Origin: an uncultured Deferribacteres bacterium
GTDB lineage: Bacteria; Zhuqueibacterota; Zhuqueibacteria; Zhuqueibacterales; Geothermadaptataceae
NCBI GenBank assembly: GCA_964014485.1
Contig: CAXHAT010000030.1
Coordinates: 1 to 51,040 of the forward strand
DNA: 51,040 nucleotides
Direction: 5' to 3'
The translations under genes and the position numbers were made by a program. Numbering within the stretch: position 1 is the stretch's first letter; the number at the start of each line of letters is the position of its first letter. This document shows, one piece after another, positions 29,564 to 39,762 of this stretch. The notes beneath the pieces are model-generated. The model made no database searches, was not told where the DNA came from, and saw only the letters and a list, made by a program, of their open reading frames with translations.

Positions 29564-30844
29564 ATGTCGCACCAGAATCTGTCTCGAATTTACGACCGAA
29601 TCAAAGTCTCGCCAGAACATCGCTTTCAACTTCGCCATGCAAAACTGTTGGATTTCTTATGCTCATTCCAGAAGCATCACCCCGAACATTTCCACCTTGA
29701 AAAAATTGGGGAGTCCGTAGAAAAGCGGGATATATTTTTGGTTCGAATCGGGTCGGGGAAACGCAGAATATTCATGTGGTCACAAATGCACGGCGACGAA
29801 TGGACGGCCACAAACGCGCTCGTGGATGTTTTTGCGTTTTTGCTCGAAAACCCTGAAGGTCAGCTTGGCAACAGCATTCTAAACAATGTAACGATTTATG
29901 CGATTCCGATGCTAAATCCTGACGGCGCGGAAAAGAACCGCCGTCGCAATGCGCAAGGTCTCGATATCAATCGCGACGTCAAATTGTTGGCGACCCCTGA
30001 AGCAAGAATCTTAACATCCACGCAAGAAAAATTAAAGCCGGAGTTTGCGCTCAACCTGCACGACCAAAACCCGCGCCGCACCTCTGCGCGAACTAACAAA
30101 ATCGTCTCAATAGCTCTGCTTGTTCCACCCCTTGATCCCGACCATACTGAAACGGCAAACATTCTTGAAGCCAAGAAACTTGCGAGCGTCATGGCGGACG
30201 CTCTGAATCCGCACATTGCCAAACATTTGGCGCGTTATAATGCTGAATACATGCCAACCGCTTTCGGCGAATTCTTTCAAAAAGCGGGAACGAAAACAAT
30301 TCTGTTAGAAACCGGCGGATGGAAACTTGACGAAGAGTCCTTTCTGGTCAAAATGAACTTTGTCGCGATTTTGTCGGCGTGTTCAGCAATCGCCGACAAC
30401 TCATATCAACAGTTTGATGCGTCTATCTACGAATCTCTCCCGCTCAACAACAACGATAAGGACGTTTTCGATATTTTGATTCGCCGCGCTCTCATTTTAA
30501 ACGGCGTTCAACAAGAGCCTTTTCTAGGAGACGTTGGCGTAGACGTTCAAGCAACATTCGAAAACGGCTCCTCACGGTTAGAACTCGTCGTCACCGATTT
30601 AGGCGATCTTTCGCAATATGAGGGAAAAAGCGTATTTGACGCGGAAGGATTTCTCGTCGTGCCTGGAATCATGCCCAAAGCGCCTTCGAATCAAATCCGG
30701 AAATTGGACGTCCAGGGGCAATTAAATCTGGAGGGGCCAGGGGAGATGAGTTTTTTTCGTTTGAAAGCCCCAGCCGCCATCGAAACAGAACCGCACGCAC
30801 TGCTCAAAAACGGCCTCGTCTCTGTGACGAACGAGGTGAAATGA
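29564..30844 (+). CDS. M14-family zinc carboxypeptidase
   Basis: Motifs IGESVEKR, MHGDE, PMLNPDG, RRNAQGLDINRD and NLHDQ. Confidence 0.9.
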   Translation: MSHQNLSRIYDRIKVSPEHRFQLRHAKLLDFLCSFQKHHPEHFHLEKIGESVEKRDIFLVRIGSGKRRIFMWSQMHGDEWTATNALVDVFAFLLENPEGQLGNSILNNVTIYAIPMLNPDGAEKNRRRNAQGLDINRDVKLLATPEARILTSTQEKLKPEFALNLHDQNPRRTSARTNKIVSIALLVPPLDPDHTETANILEAKKLASVMADALNPHIAKHLARYNAEYMPTAFGEFFQKAGTKTILLETGGWKLDEESFLVKMNFVAILSACSAIADNSYQQFDASIYESLPLNNNDKDVFDILIRRALILNGVQQEPFLGDVGVDVQATFENGSSRLELVVTDLGDLSQYEGKSVFDAEGFLVVPGIMPKAPSNQIRKLDVQGQLNLEGPGEMSFFRLKAPAAIETEPHALLKNGLVSVTNEVK

Positions 30845-31063
30845 GTTGCATTTAAATTGATGCAGGCATAGTCTAATTCCACTTGACGTGTTGGGGCTTC
30901 TTTGAAGCGATGCGCGATTCTGTTGCATCAAAGGCTTCAACTCATTGGCAATCTTGTAAAATATTGTGGGAAAAAATTTCGCTTTCTGGAATCATAGGGA
31001 AGAAAGATTCGAACATTCTGCATCTTTGCCGAAGTTTCTTCGAGAACATGGGAGTGATTACCG

Positions 31064-31189
31064 ATGAAAAAAGATGAATTTTTAAAAATTTGCAAGGAAA
31101 CGCATCATGATGGAAGAATCGTGTTGGATTTTTTCGTTTTTGCGGGCTTCTTGTTATTAATCGTTCTAACGACGATCAATTCATTATAA
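31064..31189 (+). CDS. Small single-TM protein, 41 aa (below the ORF-track cut-off)
   Basis: GGAG RBS; my translation is MKKDEFLKICKETHHDGRIVLDFFVFAGFLLLIVLTTINSL*, directly upstream of the SPOR array. Confidence 0.45.
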   Translation: MKKDEFLKICKETHHDGRIVLDFFVFAGFLLLIVLTTINSL

Positions 31190-31231
31190 CAATTTTTATA
31201 AGAAACTCGCGCAACGCCGAAAAGCCGTTTT

Positions 31232-31642
31232 ATGACAAGAGCCGTTATTCGCTTTATATACGTCTCGGGCATATTCGTTTTTGTCTATTTTGCCTATCGC
31301 GTGGGGATGCTTCATGGCCAAGGCTTAAGCTTGATGGAGCGGCTGAGGCTCATCCCCGTTCCCAAAATTAGCTGCGCACCCATAGATAGAGCCCCGCGCC
31401 CACAGACTTGCTTTTTCGTCGCTCCTTATTGCACGATTGTATTTGAGGGATGTTTTCCTGTTCGCGATCAAGCCAAAGCGCTGAAGAATCAACTCGTCAA
31501 ACAAAGAATTCGTGGCGAAATTGTCTCTCAAAACGGAGCTTACTTTGTCACGGTCGGGCGGCTCAGGGCGGGGGAAGATCGAAACGCACTGCTAAGAAGC
31601 ATTTCCCGGAAGGGATTTAGGGCTCGAATTGCCTGCCCTTAA
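31232..31642 (+). CDS. Membrane-anchored SPOR-like protein 1 (divergent)
   Basis: N-terminal TM helix; YCTIVFEGCF...AKALKNQL...NGAYFVTVGRL...KGFRARI. Confidence 0.7.
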   Translation: MTRAVIRFIYVSGIFVFVYFAYRVGMLHGQGLSLMERLRLIPVPKISCAPIDRAPRPQTCFFVAPYCTIVFEGCFPVRDQAKALKNQLVKQRIRGEIVSQNGAYFVTVGRLRAGEDRNALLRSISRKGFRARIACP

Positions 31643-31680
31643 CATTCGAAAATTACACTGGTCAAACTGTATGAGGGGGT

Positions 31681-32010
31681 ATGATGATACACAGAACAAA
31701 ACGCATCGTCATTGTTTTGTCAATCTCATTTTACGCTTTTAATTCTTCATCTTGCGTACCGCCTCCCCCCCCGCCCCAACTCCAACTGCCATATTTCACA
31801 ATCCTTGTTGATGCATTCGATAACCCGACGGACGCGAAGCTTCTTTTCTGTGAACTCAGGCGCAAGCGGATAAACAACAAAGTGATCCCTCAAAACGGAT
31901 ATTTCTACGTAACGGTCGGAAAATTCAAAGTGCGTTGCGCACTTGAAGACGATCTTGTAAAAATCCGCAAAAAGGGATTTGATGCGGAGATCATTCCAGA
32001 TGAATTATAG
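31681..32010 (+). CDS. SPOR-like protein 2, putative lipoprotein
   Basis: SSSC followed by a poly-Pro linker; YFTILVDAF...NGYFYVTVGKF...KGFDAEI. Confidence 0.75.
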   Translation: MMIHRTKRIVIVLSISFYAFNSSSCVPPPPPPQLQLPYFTILVDAFDNPTDAKLLFCELRRKRINNKVIPQNGYFYVTVGKFKVRCALEDDLVKIRKKGFDAEIIPDEL

Positions 32011-32220
32011 CTGCAATTTATCCCGCCTTTTCTTCATTTCCACGAAAATGAAGATATACTCCATGTGATCAACTCACCACACAAAAGACTTGCATCTTTT
32101 ACCGTGTTTTAATAGAATTTTTCCCTTTGTCCCCAAAACAAGGGGGCGCCTCAGACTCCGCCTGTATCGACAGTACACCTTTGGGAAAAACAGGACGTTT
32201 TTACAGCAGCAGGTGCCAGG

Positions 32221-32670
32221 ATGAATTTTGAAAGAATCTTGAGCGTAACAATTGGCGAGCTTCTGCGTTGGGCCTTTGGCGGCGGACTCGTCATGTTTGT
32301 TTTATGGATGACTTACAGCCTCGGTTACTCGGACGGAAACGGCGGCCCGCCGTATCAAAATGAGTATCAAAATCAAACCGGGCCTTTGGATCGTATTTCT
32401 AGCATTTTTTCAAGCGACGACCGTTACGGCGAAGGCTTGCATCTCAATTACTACACGATCCTGATTGGCAGTTATGAGCAACGCAGCTACGCTTATAGCT
32501 TAAAAAATCGTCTTGCAACGCTGCGCATCAAAAGCCGCGTGATACAACAAGGACGCTATTATTACGTTATCGTTGGGAAATATCGATCCCTGCAAATGGC
32601 GCAAAGGACTCAATCGAACGTCGCTCGCAAAGGCTATGAATATACCACCATTGTCCCGCCTCGTCTTTAG
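32221..32670 (+). CDS. Membrane-anchored SPOR-like protein 3
   Basis: TM helix; YYTILIGSY...AYSLKNRL...YYVIVGKY...KGY. Confidence 0.8.
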   Translation: MNFERILSVTIGELLRWAFGGGLVMFVLWMTYSLGYSDGNGGPPYQNEYQNQTGPLDRISSIFSSDDRYGEGLHLNYYTILIGSYEQRSYAYSLKNRLATLRIKSRVIQQGRYYYVIVGKYRSLQMAQRTQSNVARKGYEYTTIVPPRL

Positions 32671-32732
32671 ACTGGTCTGTCGCCGAGTCGGCGCGTAATT
32701 CAAACCAAAATGAGGAAAAGGAGGGAAATCAG

Positions 32733-33227
32733 GTGTGGCAAAAAATCGCGGTTTACACGGTGATGATCATCAAATTGGCGCTCATTCCCGCGTTGCTTTT
32801 CTTGGCCTATAAGTTTGGCAGAATGGTAGAGAGTGAGGGCATTGCGCCTGTTGAAGCGCTGAAAAGTTTGCCGGCGCGCGTGGTCGGCTCATCAAGCGAC
32901 TCGCCTCAATCGACTACGACGACAACCTCTGCTCCAGCCAGTTCCAATTCCACCAACGGCGCAAGTACCGAAGTTTATTCTTACAGCGGTTCGAACGGAG
33001 CCTCAAATTCGCATTATACCGTATCGGTCGGCAGTTTCAATAATCGAGAGGAAGCTCGGAACCTTCGGCAGCAGCTCATGAGCCACCGCATCAACAATTC
33101 AGTGCTCGAATTGAACAACAAATACCACGTTGTTGTGGGCAAGTTCTCCAGCTCCGGCAAGGCTGGCAAGACATTGAACAAAGTTCACCAAAAAGGATTT
33201 TCAGAAGCGAAAATTATCGCACACTAA
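32733..33227 (+). CDS. Membrane-anchored SPOR-like protein 4
   Basis: TM helix and Ser/Thr linker; YTVSVGSFNNREEARNLRQQL...YHVVVGKF...KGFSEAKII. Confidence 0.85.
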   Translation: MWQKIAVYTVMIIKLALIPALLFLAYKFGRMVESEGIAPVEALKSLPARVVGSSSDSPQSTTTTTSAPASSNSTNGASTEVYSYSGSNGASNSHYTVSVGSFNNREEARNLRQQLMSHRINNSVLELNNKYHVVVGKFSSSGKAGKTLNKVHQKGFSEAKIIAH

Positions 33228-33316
33228 CTACAGACTTTGAATTGTCTGGCTTAAAATCAGGATGATTGGCGCTTTTACGACAAGCTTGAATTTCATCAAC
33301 GGAAGGATACAAAGCT

Positions 33317-33784
33317 ATGCCAGAACTCAAACCCGGTACGCAAAAAGCCTACATGTATTTCGGAATGGTCTCTTGGACCATCATCCGGTGGGGCTTTTTT
33401 GCGGTCACGTATTTTCTCGTTTTTTCTTTGGGCACCATGGAAGGCAGCTTTTGGCAGCGCGTTCAGCAGCTCAAACTTCCCAAAGTCCAAATCAACATGC
33501 CGTTCAAAAAACAGCAACGCGGAGTAGCCGCCTCACGCGAACTGGTCGTTAGCTATTACACGATTCTGGTCGGCTCACATTTCGATCAGGCTTCGGCTTC
33601 CACGCAGCACAATTCGCTGACGCAACGGCGCGTGAACAGCCATACATTTATGCAAAACGGCAAATATTTTGTATGCGTAGGCAAATTCAACTCAAGCCGG
33701 GAAGCCAATTCCCAGTTGCAGCGCTTGCGGTCAAAAGGATTTGAAAACGCCATAGTCGTTGGGCCGTCAGGCCAAACCCTGTAA
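33317..33784 (+). CDS. Membrane-anchored SPOR-like protein 5
   Basis: TM helix; YYTILVGSH...NGKYFVCVGKFNSSREANSQLQRLRSKGFENAIVV. Confidence 0.85.
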   Translation: MPELKPGTQKAYMYFGMVSWTIIRWGFFAVTYFLVFSLGTMEGSFWQRVQQLKLPKVQINMPFKKQQRGVAASRELVVSYYTILVGSHFDQASASTQHNSLTQRRVNSHTFMQNGKYFVCVGKFNSSREANSQLQRLRSKGFENAIVVGPSGQTL

Positions 33785-33805
33785 TTCACACATTTGGAGA
33801 AAAGA

Positions 33806-34081
33806 ATGTCGCGCACAGTTTTTTGTGTAAAATTAGGACAAGATTTGGAAGGTTTGAATGAGCCGCCTCAGCCCGGGGAGCTTGGCGAACGCATTTTTGA
33901 AAATGTCTCACAGCAAGCATGGAAAATGTGGCTCGGGCATCAAATCATGCTAATCAATGAATACCGTTTGAGTCCAGTCGACCCCAAAGCCAACGCATTT
34001 TTAGACCAGGAAATGGAAAAATATTTCTTCGGCGAAGGCAGTGAGGCGCCGCCGGATTTTCAACCCCAAGCTTCGAAATAA
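33806..34081 (+). CDS. yggX: Fe(II)-trafficking/oxidative-damage protection protein
   Basis: [10 protein letters not shown]...[40 protein letters not shown] before ATG 33806. Confidence 0.93.
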   Translation: MSRTVFCVKLGQDLEGLNEPPQPGELGERIFENVSQQAWKMWLGHQIMLINEYRLSPVDPKANAFLDQEMEKYFFGEGSEAPPDFQPQASK

Positions 34082-34096
34082 CGCTCGCCTGAGTCT

Positions 34097-35374
34097 GTGA
34101 TTCCCCGCCCGCAAATACTTCTCGTTGCGCCCAACGCCAGCTATCGCATTAGCGATTTTCTGGCCGCCGCCGAACGTTTGAAAATCGATGCGATTGTCGC
34201 TTCCGACCGTTGTCGCAAATTGTCTGAAAAATGGCCTTCTGAAAAGCAAATTTCCATAGATTTTTCAAGCATCGAGGAGAGCGCTAAAAACATCCTGGAA
34301 CATTGCAGAAGCAAAAGCATCAGCGCGGCCATAGGCGTGGATGACGTCTCGGTGGAACTGGCTGCGATTCTGAATCAACGTTTAGGTCTCCCCGGTAACT
34401 CGCTTCGGGCGGCGCAAATTTCTCGCAACAAATATTTTTTCAGAAAAAAGTTGGCTGAAAATCGGCGCTTACGTTCTCCTGAATTTTGTTTGGTCAAAGC
34501 AACGGATGAGATCGAAGGAATTGCGGACGAAATTTCGTTTCCTTGCGTACTCAAACCGCTTTTTCTTTCCGGCAGTCGCGGCGTTATTCGAGCAAATAAT
34601 TTGCGCGAGTTCAAATTCGCTTTGAACCGAATCAGAAAAATTCTCAACGAAGCCGAGTTTGCTAAACATGACGTTGAATTGCGCGAAAGCATCCTTGTCG
34701 AAGACTACATTCCGGGCAAAGAGATCGCGATTGAAGGGCTCTTGACGCAGGACAAGCTGGACATTTTAGCCGTTTTCGATAAGCCTGATCCGCTCACCGG
34801 CCCGTATTTTGAAGAAACTTTGTACATCACGCCGTCACGACTTTCTCATCAGACCCAGAATCATATCTTCAAACAACTCGCTCTCGCTTGCGAAACGCTT
34901 GGCCTTCGTCACGGTCCAATTCACGCAGAAGCGCGACTCAACAAAAAGGGCGTGTTTTTTCTGGAAATTGCTGCGCGCACAATCGGCGGATTATGCAGTC
35001 GTACGCTGAGTTTTGCTTCAGGGACATCTTTAGAAGAACTTGTGTTAAAGCACGCTGTTGGCGAAACGACCACACCAAAACCGCATCCAAACATTCAAGC
35101 CAGCGGCGTTATGATGATTCCAATCCCAAAAGGCGGGAAACTGGAAAGCTTTTCTGGCGTTGATGAAGCAAGCCGCGTCAACGGCGTGCAAGGTGTTCAC
35201 ATTTCTGCGAGCCCAGGCAGCCTTCTCGTTCCATTGCCGGAAGGTTCGAGTTACCTTGGGTTTATTTTCGCAAAAGGCGGCTCGCCGGAATTCGTAGAAA
35301 ACAGCCTGAGAAAAGCGCACGCTTGTTTAGGCTTTGACATTCGAACAACGTTTCGCCCGATGATGGCGGCGTGA
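34097..35374 (+). CDS. ATP-grasp domain protein
   Basis: Motifs RNKYFFR, FPCVLKPLFLSGSRGVIRA, VEDYIPGKE, HAEAR and EIAARTIGG. Confidence 0.9.
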   Translation: MIPRPQILLVAPNASYRISDFLAAAERLKIDAIVASDRCRKLSEKWPSEKQISIDFSSIEESAKNILEHCRSKSISAAIGVDDVSVELAAILNQRLGLPGNSLRAAQISRNKYFFRKKLAENRRLRSPEFCLVKATDEIEGIADEISFPCVLKPLFLSGSRGVIRANNLREFKFALNRIRKILNEAEFAKHDVELRESILVEDYIPGKEIAIEGLLTQDKLDILAVFDKPDPLTGPYFEETLYITPSRLSHQTQNHIFKQLALACETLGLRHGPIHAEARLNKKGVFFLEIAARTIGGLCSRTLSFASGTSLEELVLKHAVGETTTPKPHPNIQASGVMMIPIPKGGKLESFSGVDEASRVNGVQGVHISASPGSLLVPLPEGSSYLGFIFAKGGSPEFVENSLRKAHACLGFDIRTTFRPMMAA

Positions 35375-35549
35375 AGCTGCCGGGGGTAATTGTAAATGTC
35401 AGATGATTCGAGGCCTTTTAATCTGGAATGACACGATGCTAAAAAACATCACCGGCTTTACCCGTGCAAAATCATGCGGAACCCATCGGTTCTGATTGCA
35501 TTTTTTGCTGGTCTTAGCGCGTATTAACTGAAAAACGGATTCTTCAATT

Positions 35550-37208
35550 TTGCTTTCCCGACTAAACAGTAATTTGCGACTCTGGCTATATGTTCTTGCT
35601 TTCGGCGCGCTCATGAGCTTGGGCTGGCCCCCGACGTCTTTTGCGATTCTCTTGTTTCTGGGATTCACCCCCCTCCTGCTGCTCGAAAGTGAAATTTCAA
35701 AACGCAGCAACAGCGCTTCGAAACTTGTTTTATTAAAACACATCTATCCGGCGTTTCTTCTCTGGAATATTCTCACAACCTGGTGGATCTACAAAGCATC
35801 CATCGCCGGCGCCATCATGGCCAACTTCGCCAACGCCTTGCTCATGACGATCCCGTTCTTGCTGTTTCACCAAACGAAGAAAACTTTTGGCGACCGCCTC
35901 GGCTATTTTTCACTCATTGTCTTTTGGCTGACTTTTGAACACTTGCATCTTCGCTGGGAATTGACCTGGCCCTGGCTGACTTTGGGCAATGGTCTGGCAA
36001 AGTTTCCGGAGTTTGTGCAATGGTATGAGTTTACCGGAACGTCAGGCGGGTCGCTGTGGATTCTGACGACCAATCTTATCGCATTTTTTGCTTTAAGAAA
36101 GATCGCCGAGTCGGACGCCAAGAGTGATCGTGCGAAGAATTTTGCGCATAATATGAACGTATATTTCGTCCGTTTTGCGGTGCAATTTCTCTTGGCAATC
36201 GCCATCCCGGTTCTGATTTCTTTATTGATGTACCGCAGCTATCAGGAGCGCGGGAAGAAAGTTGAGGCCGTCGCCGTGCAGCCGAACATCGATCCATACA
36301 ACGAGAAATACGGTAACCTAACCTCGGAAGAACAGCGAGAAATACTCAAAGACCTGACCGCCAAAACCGCGACGGCAAAGACTGCGTTTATTGCCTGGCC
36401 TGAGACGGCGATTCTTGGCAGCCTTTGGCTCCACCGGCTCAAAAGCAATAAGGTCATGAATGAATTGCGCGTTTTCGGCAAGAATTTCCCCGACGCTACT
36501 TTTATTATCGGCGCCTTCACTTACAAAAATTTTGGGCCGGGCGACAAACTCTCGCCGAGCGCACGTCCTTTCGAGCGAACCGGGAAATGCTGCTACGACG
36601 CTTTCAACAGCGCCGTCCAGTTTGACAACAAAACTGACAACCTCGCGGTGTACCACAAATCGAAGCTTGTGCCGGGCGTTGAGCGAATGCCCTATCCCGG
36701 CGCGTTCAAGTTTTTAGGCAACCTTGCAATTGATTTGGGCGGGATCAGCGGCAGTTTGGGCATGCAGGATGAACGGGAAGTTTTTTTCTCCCCAGATGGC
36801 GTTGGAACCGCACCGGTTATTTGCTATGAATCAGTTTTTGGGGATTACGTCGCGGATTACATTCGGAAAGGCGCGCAAGCGATCATCATCATCACAAACG
36901 ACGGGTGGTGGGGAAACACGCCGGGCCATCGGCAGCATTTACACTACGCTTCGTTACGGGCCATTGAAACGAGACGCAGTATCGTGCGTTCGGCGAATAC
37001 GGGAATTTCCTGTTTCATCAACCAACGCGGCGATATTTTGCAGGCGACTGAGTACAATGAACGCATTGCCGTCAAGGGCGAGGTTCAGCTCAACGACGAA
37101 ATCACGTTTTACGTTCGATTCGGCGACTATCTTGGCTGGCTGGCGGTCTTTGCAAGCATGGCCACCGTAATCGCTCACTTCTGCTTTTTCGTAAAAAATA
37201 CTCGGTGA
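35550..37208 (+). CDS. lnt: Apolipoprotein N-acyltransferase
   Basis: Multiple TM helices; VQPNID, WPETA, YHKSKLVP, ICYESVF, TNDGWW, RAIETRR and RSANTGIS. Confidence 0.95.
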   Translation: MLSRLNSNLRLWLYVLAFGALMSLGWPPTSFAILLFLGFTPLLLLESEISKRSNSASKLVLLKHIYPAFLLWNILTTWWIYKASIAGAIMANFANALLMTIPFLLFHQTKKTFGDRLGYFSLIVFWLTFEHLHLRWELTWPWLTLGNGLAKFPEFVQWYEFTGTSGGSLWILTTNLIAFFALRKIAESDAKSDRAKNFAHNMNVYFVRFAVQFLLAIAIPVLISLLMYRSYQERGKKVEAVAVQPNIDPYNEKYGNLTSEEQREILKDLTAKTATAKTAFIAWPETAILGSLWLHRLKSNKVMNELRVFGKNFPDATFIIGAFTYKNFGPGDKLSPSARPFERTGKCCYDAFNSAVQFDNKTDNLAVYHKSKLVPGVERMPYPGAFKFLGNLAIDLGGISGSLGMQDEREVFFSPDGVGTAPVICYESVFGDYVADYIRKGAQAIIIITNDGWWGNTPGHRQHLHYASLRAIETRRSIVRSANTGISCFINQRGDILQATEYNERIAVKGEVQLNDEITFYVRFGDYLGWLAVFASMATVIAHFCFFVKNTR

Positions 37209-37260
37209 AAAGGTCGCGTATTTGAACTGTGTCACACACTTTCAAAGGCTCAATCTAAAA

Positions 37261-38295
37261 TTACCACACGACTGGAATAACCGAGGCGCTGAATCCTGCG
37301 GCGCCGCCGATGAGCAGAACTTTGTCGCCGCGCTCAAGATAGCCTTGTTCGTTCGCGATACTCAGCGCAATTGGCACGCTGGCCGCTGCCGTGTTGCCAA
37401 CATTTGTGAGCGTAACCATCGTTTTTTCAAATGGAAACTTGATCGCCTTGCAGAGAAGCTGGATGACGTGCTTGGAAACCTGGTGCGGTACAGCCAATTT
37501 CACGTCCTTTTGCAAACTCCAGCCAAGCCCGGAAATCGCCTTGTCAATCACGCGCGGCAAGTGAGAAACGGCCAGTTTTTGCAATTTCCGGCTGTCGCAT
37601 TCAAAATACATTCTGGAAAAATCTCTCGCCATAATAGTGCCTCCCGCCAGGATCGTGGAAAGCTCCCAATGATCGCCGTCAGAATAAAACGTTCCCGGAA
37701 AAAGTCCTCGATCCGGGTCGTCCGAAGCTTCAACAACGCATGCCGCGCCGCCATCGCCAAGCGTTAGCGCAGCCATTTTGTAGGTGCATTCTTTCATGCT
37801 GCCGATACGCCAATCGATAAACGGCGACAGCACCTCGCCCGCCGCAACCAAAATCCGTTCGGCGCGCCCGGCTTGAATCATCAAAAGCGCGAAATCCAAG
37901 GCGTTCAGAAAACTATTGCAAGCGTTTTTGACGTCGACAACGTGAGCGTTTTTACAGCCGGTTTTGGCCTGCACCAAATTTGCCGTCGCGGGCTCGGCCA
38001 CGTCATGAGAAGCGGCTGCGAAAATAAGCGCGTCAATATTTTCGGGTTTCAGCCCGGCTTTTTCAATGGCTTTTTTTGCGGCTTGAGACGCGAGATCAGA
38101 CGACGAATCGCCGTTGGTGACGTGGTGACGATTCTCTACGCCGCTCATGCGCGCAAGCATGCTGTTGGGGAGTTTGAATCCGTTCGCGTTTGAATTCACT
38201 TTATCTTCCACCTGTCTTGAAGAAAGGACTTGCTCCGGAAGATGGTGAGCTACTGCCGAAATAACGGCGGATTTGTGGGAGGTCTGCATAGTCAA
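37261..38295 (-). CDS. KAS III/thiolase-fold condensing enzyme (OleA/FabH-like)
   Basis: Motifs AEPATA, DVKNACNSF (catalytic Cys), LTLGDGGAA, PHQVS and GNTAAASVP. Confidence 0.85.
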   Translation of the reverse strand: MTMQTSHKSAVISAVAHHLPEQVLSSRQVEDKVNSNANGFKLPNSMLARMSGVENRHHVTNGDSSSDLASQAAKKAIEKAGLKPENIDALIFAAASHDVAEPATANLVQAKTGCKNAHVVDVKNACNSFLNALDFALLMIQAGRAERILVAAGEVLSPFIDWRIGSMKECTYKMAALTLGDGGAACVVEASDDPDRGLFPGTFYSDGDHWELSTILAGGTIMARDFSRMYFECDSRKLQKLAVSHLPRVIDKAISGLGWSLQKDVKLAVPHQVSKHVIQLLCKAIKFPFEKTMVTLTNVGNTAAASVPIALSIANEQGYLERGDKVLLIGGAAGFSASVIPVVW

Positions 38296-38401
38296 ATACG
38301 GTTTTATAAAATGTTACATTCTGGCGTCAATTCGAAAAAGCGGGCAATATGCGGCGCAGTTAGATGCAAAGTCAAGGTAAATTTATTAAAAATCCCGTCC
38401 G

Positions 38402-39241
38402 CTAAACGCCTTCCACTTTTTCCCGCGTTCGCGCGCCCTGCAAAAGCATGTCACTAACGCCGGCAAACTTACAAATAACTCTCGGCAGCCCGGGAAATAT
38501 TTCACACAATGTTGTGACAATTCGAATCGGCCCGCGATTAATCAAAATTTCAGGTTTGTCCTTCTTGATCGCTTTAACGACGGCGCGTGCAACCCCTTCG
38601 GCTGAAGAGGTGCCCATTAACTTTGTCGGCTGTAAACTGGCTTCGTCCTTTTGGCGATGAAACATGCCTGCATCGCCGACAAACCCGGGACAAATGACCG
38701 AAGCGCTAACGCCCTGATGACGAAACTCCGCCCTGAGAGACGATGTGAAGCCAATCAATCCCGCCTTGCTCGAAGTATATGGCTGCGTGTGGGGCGGCCT
38801 GAATTTCCCGGCAAGCGAAGCCATGTTCACAATATGTCCGCTCTTTTGTTTGAGCATAACGGGCAAAACAAGGCGGGAGATCACCAGAGCCGAAGTCAAA
38901 TTGACTTCAATGATCCGCTGAATGTCTTTTGGCGCAAGTTTGTGAAATTCAAAAACGCGCTCGATCCCTGCATTGTTAATCAGAATATCTACTGTGCCAA
39001 ACTCATCGACGGTGCGATCTACCAGGTTTTGCGCTTGATCAACGTCCGTCACGTCAGTTGGAACGATGATGGCTTTGTTGTTCTCAAGTTCCAGTTGTTT
39101 CGCCGTCGCGAGAAGCTCATCCTCCGATCTTGCCGCTAAAGCGAGGTTCAGACCTTGTCGAGCCAATTCTTGTGCGACAACCGCTCCGATACCGCGGGAA
39201 CCGCCGGTAATGATCGCTGTGCGACCATGTATATTCTGCAT
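38402..39241 (-). CDS. Short-chain dehydrogenase/reductase
   Basis: Motifs TGGSRGIG, LINNAG, NMASLAG and YTSSK. Confidence 0.95.
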   Translation of the reverse strand: MQNIHGRTAIITGGSRGIGAVVAQELARQGLNLALAARSEDELLATAKQLELENNKAIIVPTDVTDVDQAQNLVDRTVDEFGTVDILINNAGIERVFEFHKLAPKDIQRIIEVNLTSALVISRLVLPVMLKQKSGHIVNMASLAGKFRPPHTQPYTSSKAGLIGFTSSLRAEFRHQGVSASVICPGFVGDAGMFHRQKDEASLQPTKLMGTSSAEGVARAVVKAIKKDKPEILINRGPIRIVTTLCEIFPGLPRVICKFAGVSDMLLQGARTREKVEGV

Positions 39242-39300
39242 TTAGCCTCCGAAAAAGAATGCAAAAATTTGTTTTCATGAATGAAAATATGCCTGATTAA

Positions 39301-39547
39301 TTGATGTTACGCGCCCACGGTTTGAGAAGTATTGCGTTCAAAGCTCGTGCGCAACTTTTGATTCTCATTAGCTCCGTTCTTTAGAGCGGAGTTTATTCAA
39401 GGTTGTTCTCTTTCTTTCCTCCGCTGCGCCTGCGCGGCGGAGGAGAGAATAAGGGGCATTTCCTTAGTCGCCGGGCTGAAGCCCGGCGCTAATAAGACGA
39501 TGTTTGCCCCTAAGCACCAGGAAATGCATTGGCGCGCGTAACATCAG
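39301..39547. mobile_element. MITE family A, copy 2 (7-bp TSD TGATTAA) carrying a GGGCTGAAGCCC-type REP cargo
   Basis: Ends are TTGATGTTACGCGC and GCGCGTAACATCAG. TGATTAA occurs at 39294-39300 and 39548-39554. Internal hairpins at 39367-39391, 39416-39444 and 39469-39493. Confidence 0.85.
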
Positions 39548-39762
39548 TGATTAAGGCGGAATTATGCAAAACTGCATTGCGCCATACAACTTTAATGTAA
39601 CAAAAAACTCACTTCCGAAATCGCCCAATCCGGCTGTTTTGAATAGTGTTGCTGGTTTTTCAAATCAATTCCCTCTCCGGCCATTGTTTGGCGTGAAAAG
39701 CTTTTATTTCGCAGACAAGCTCCATAGATTTCGCCTGACTTTATTAAAACGAGGACAAGGCC

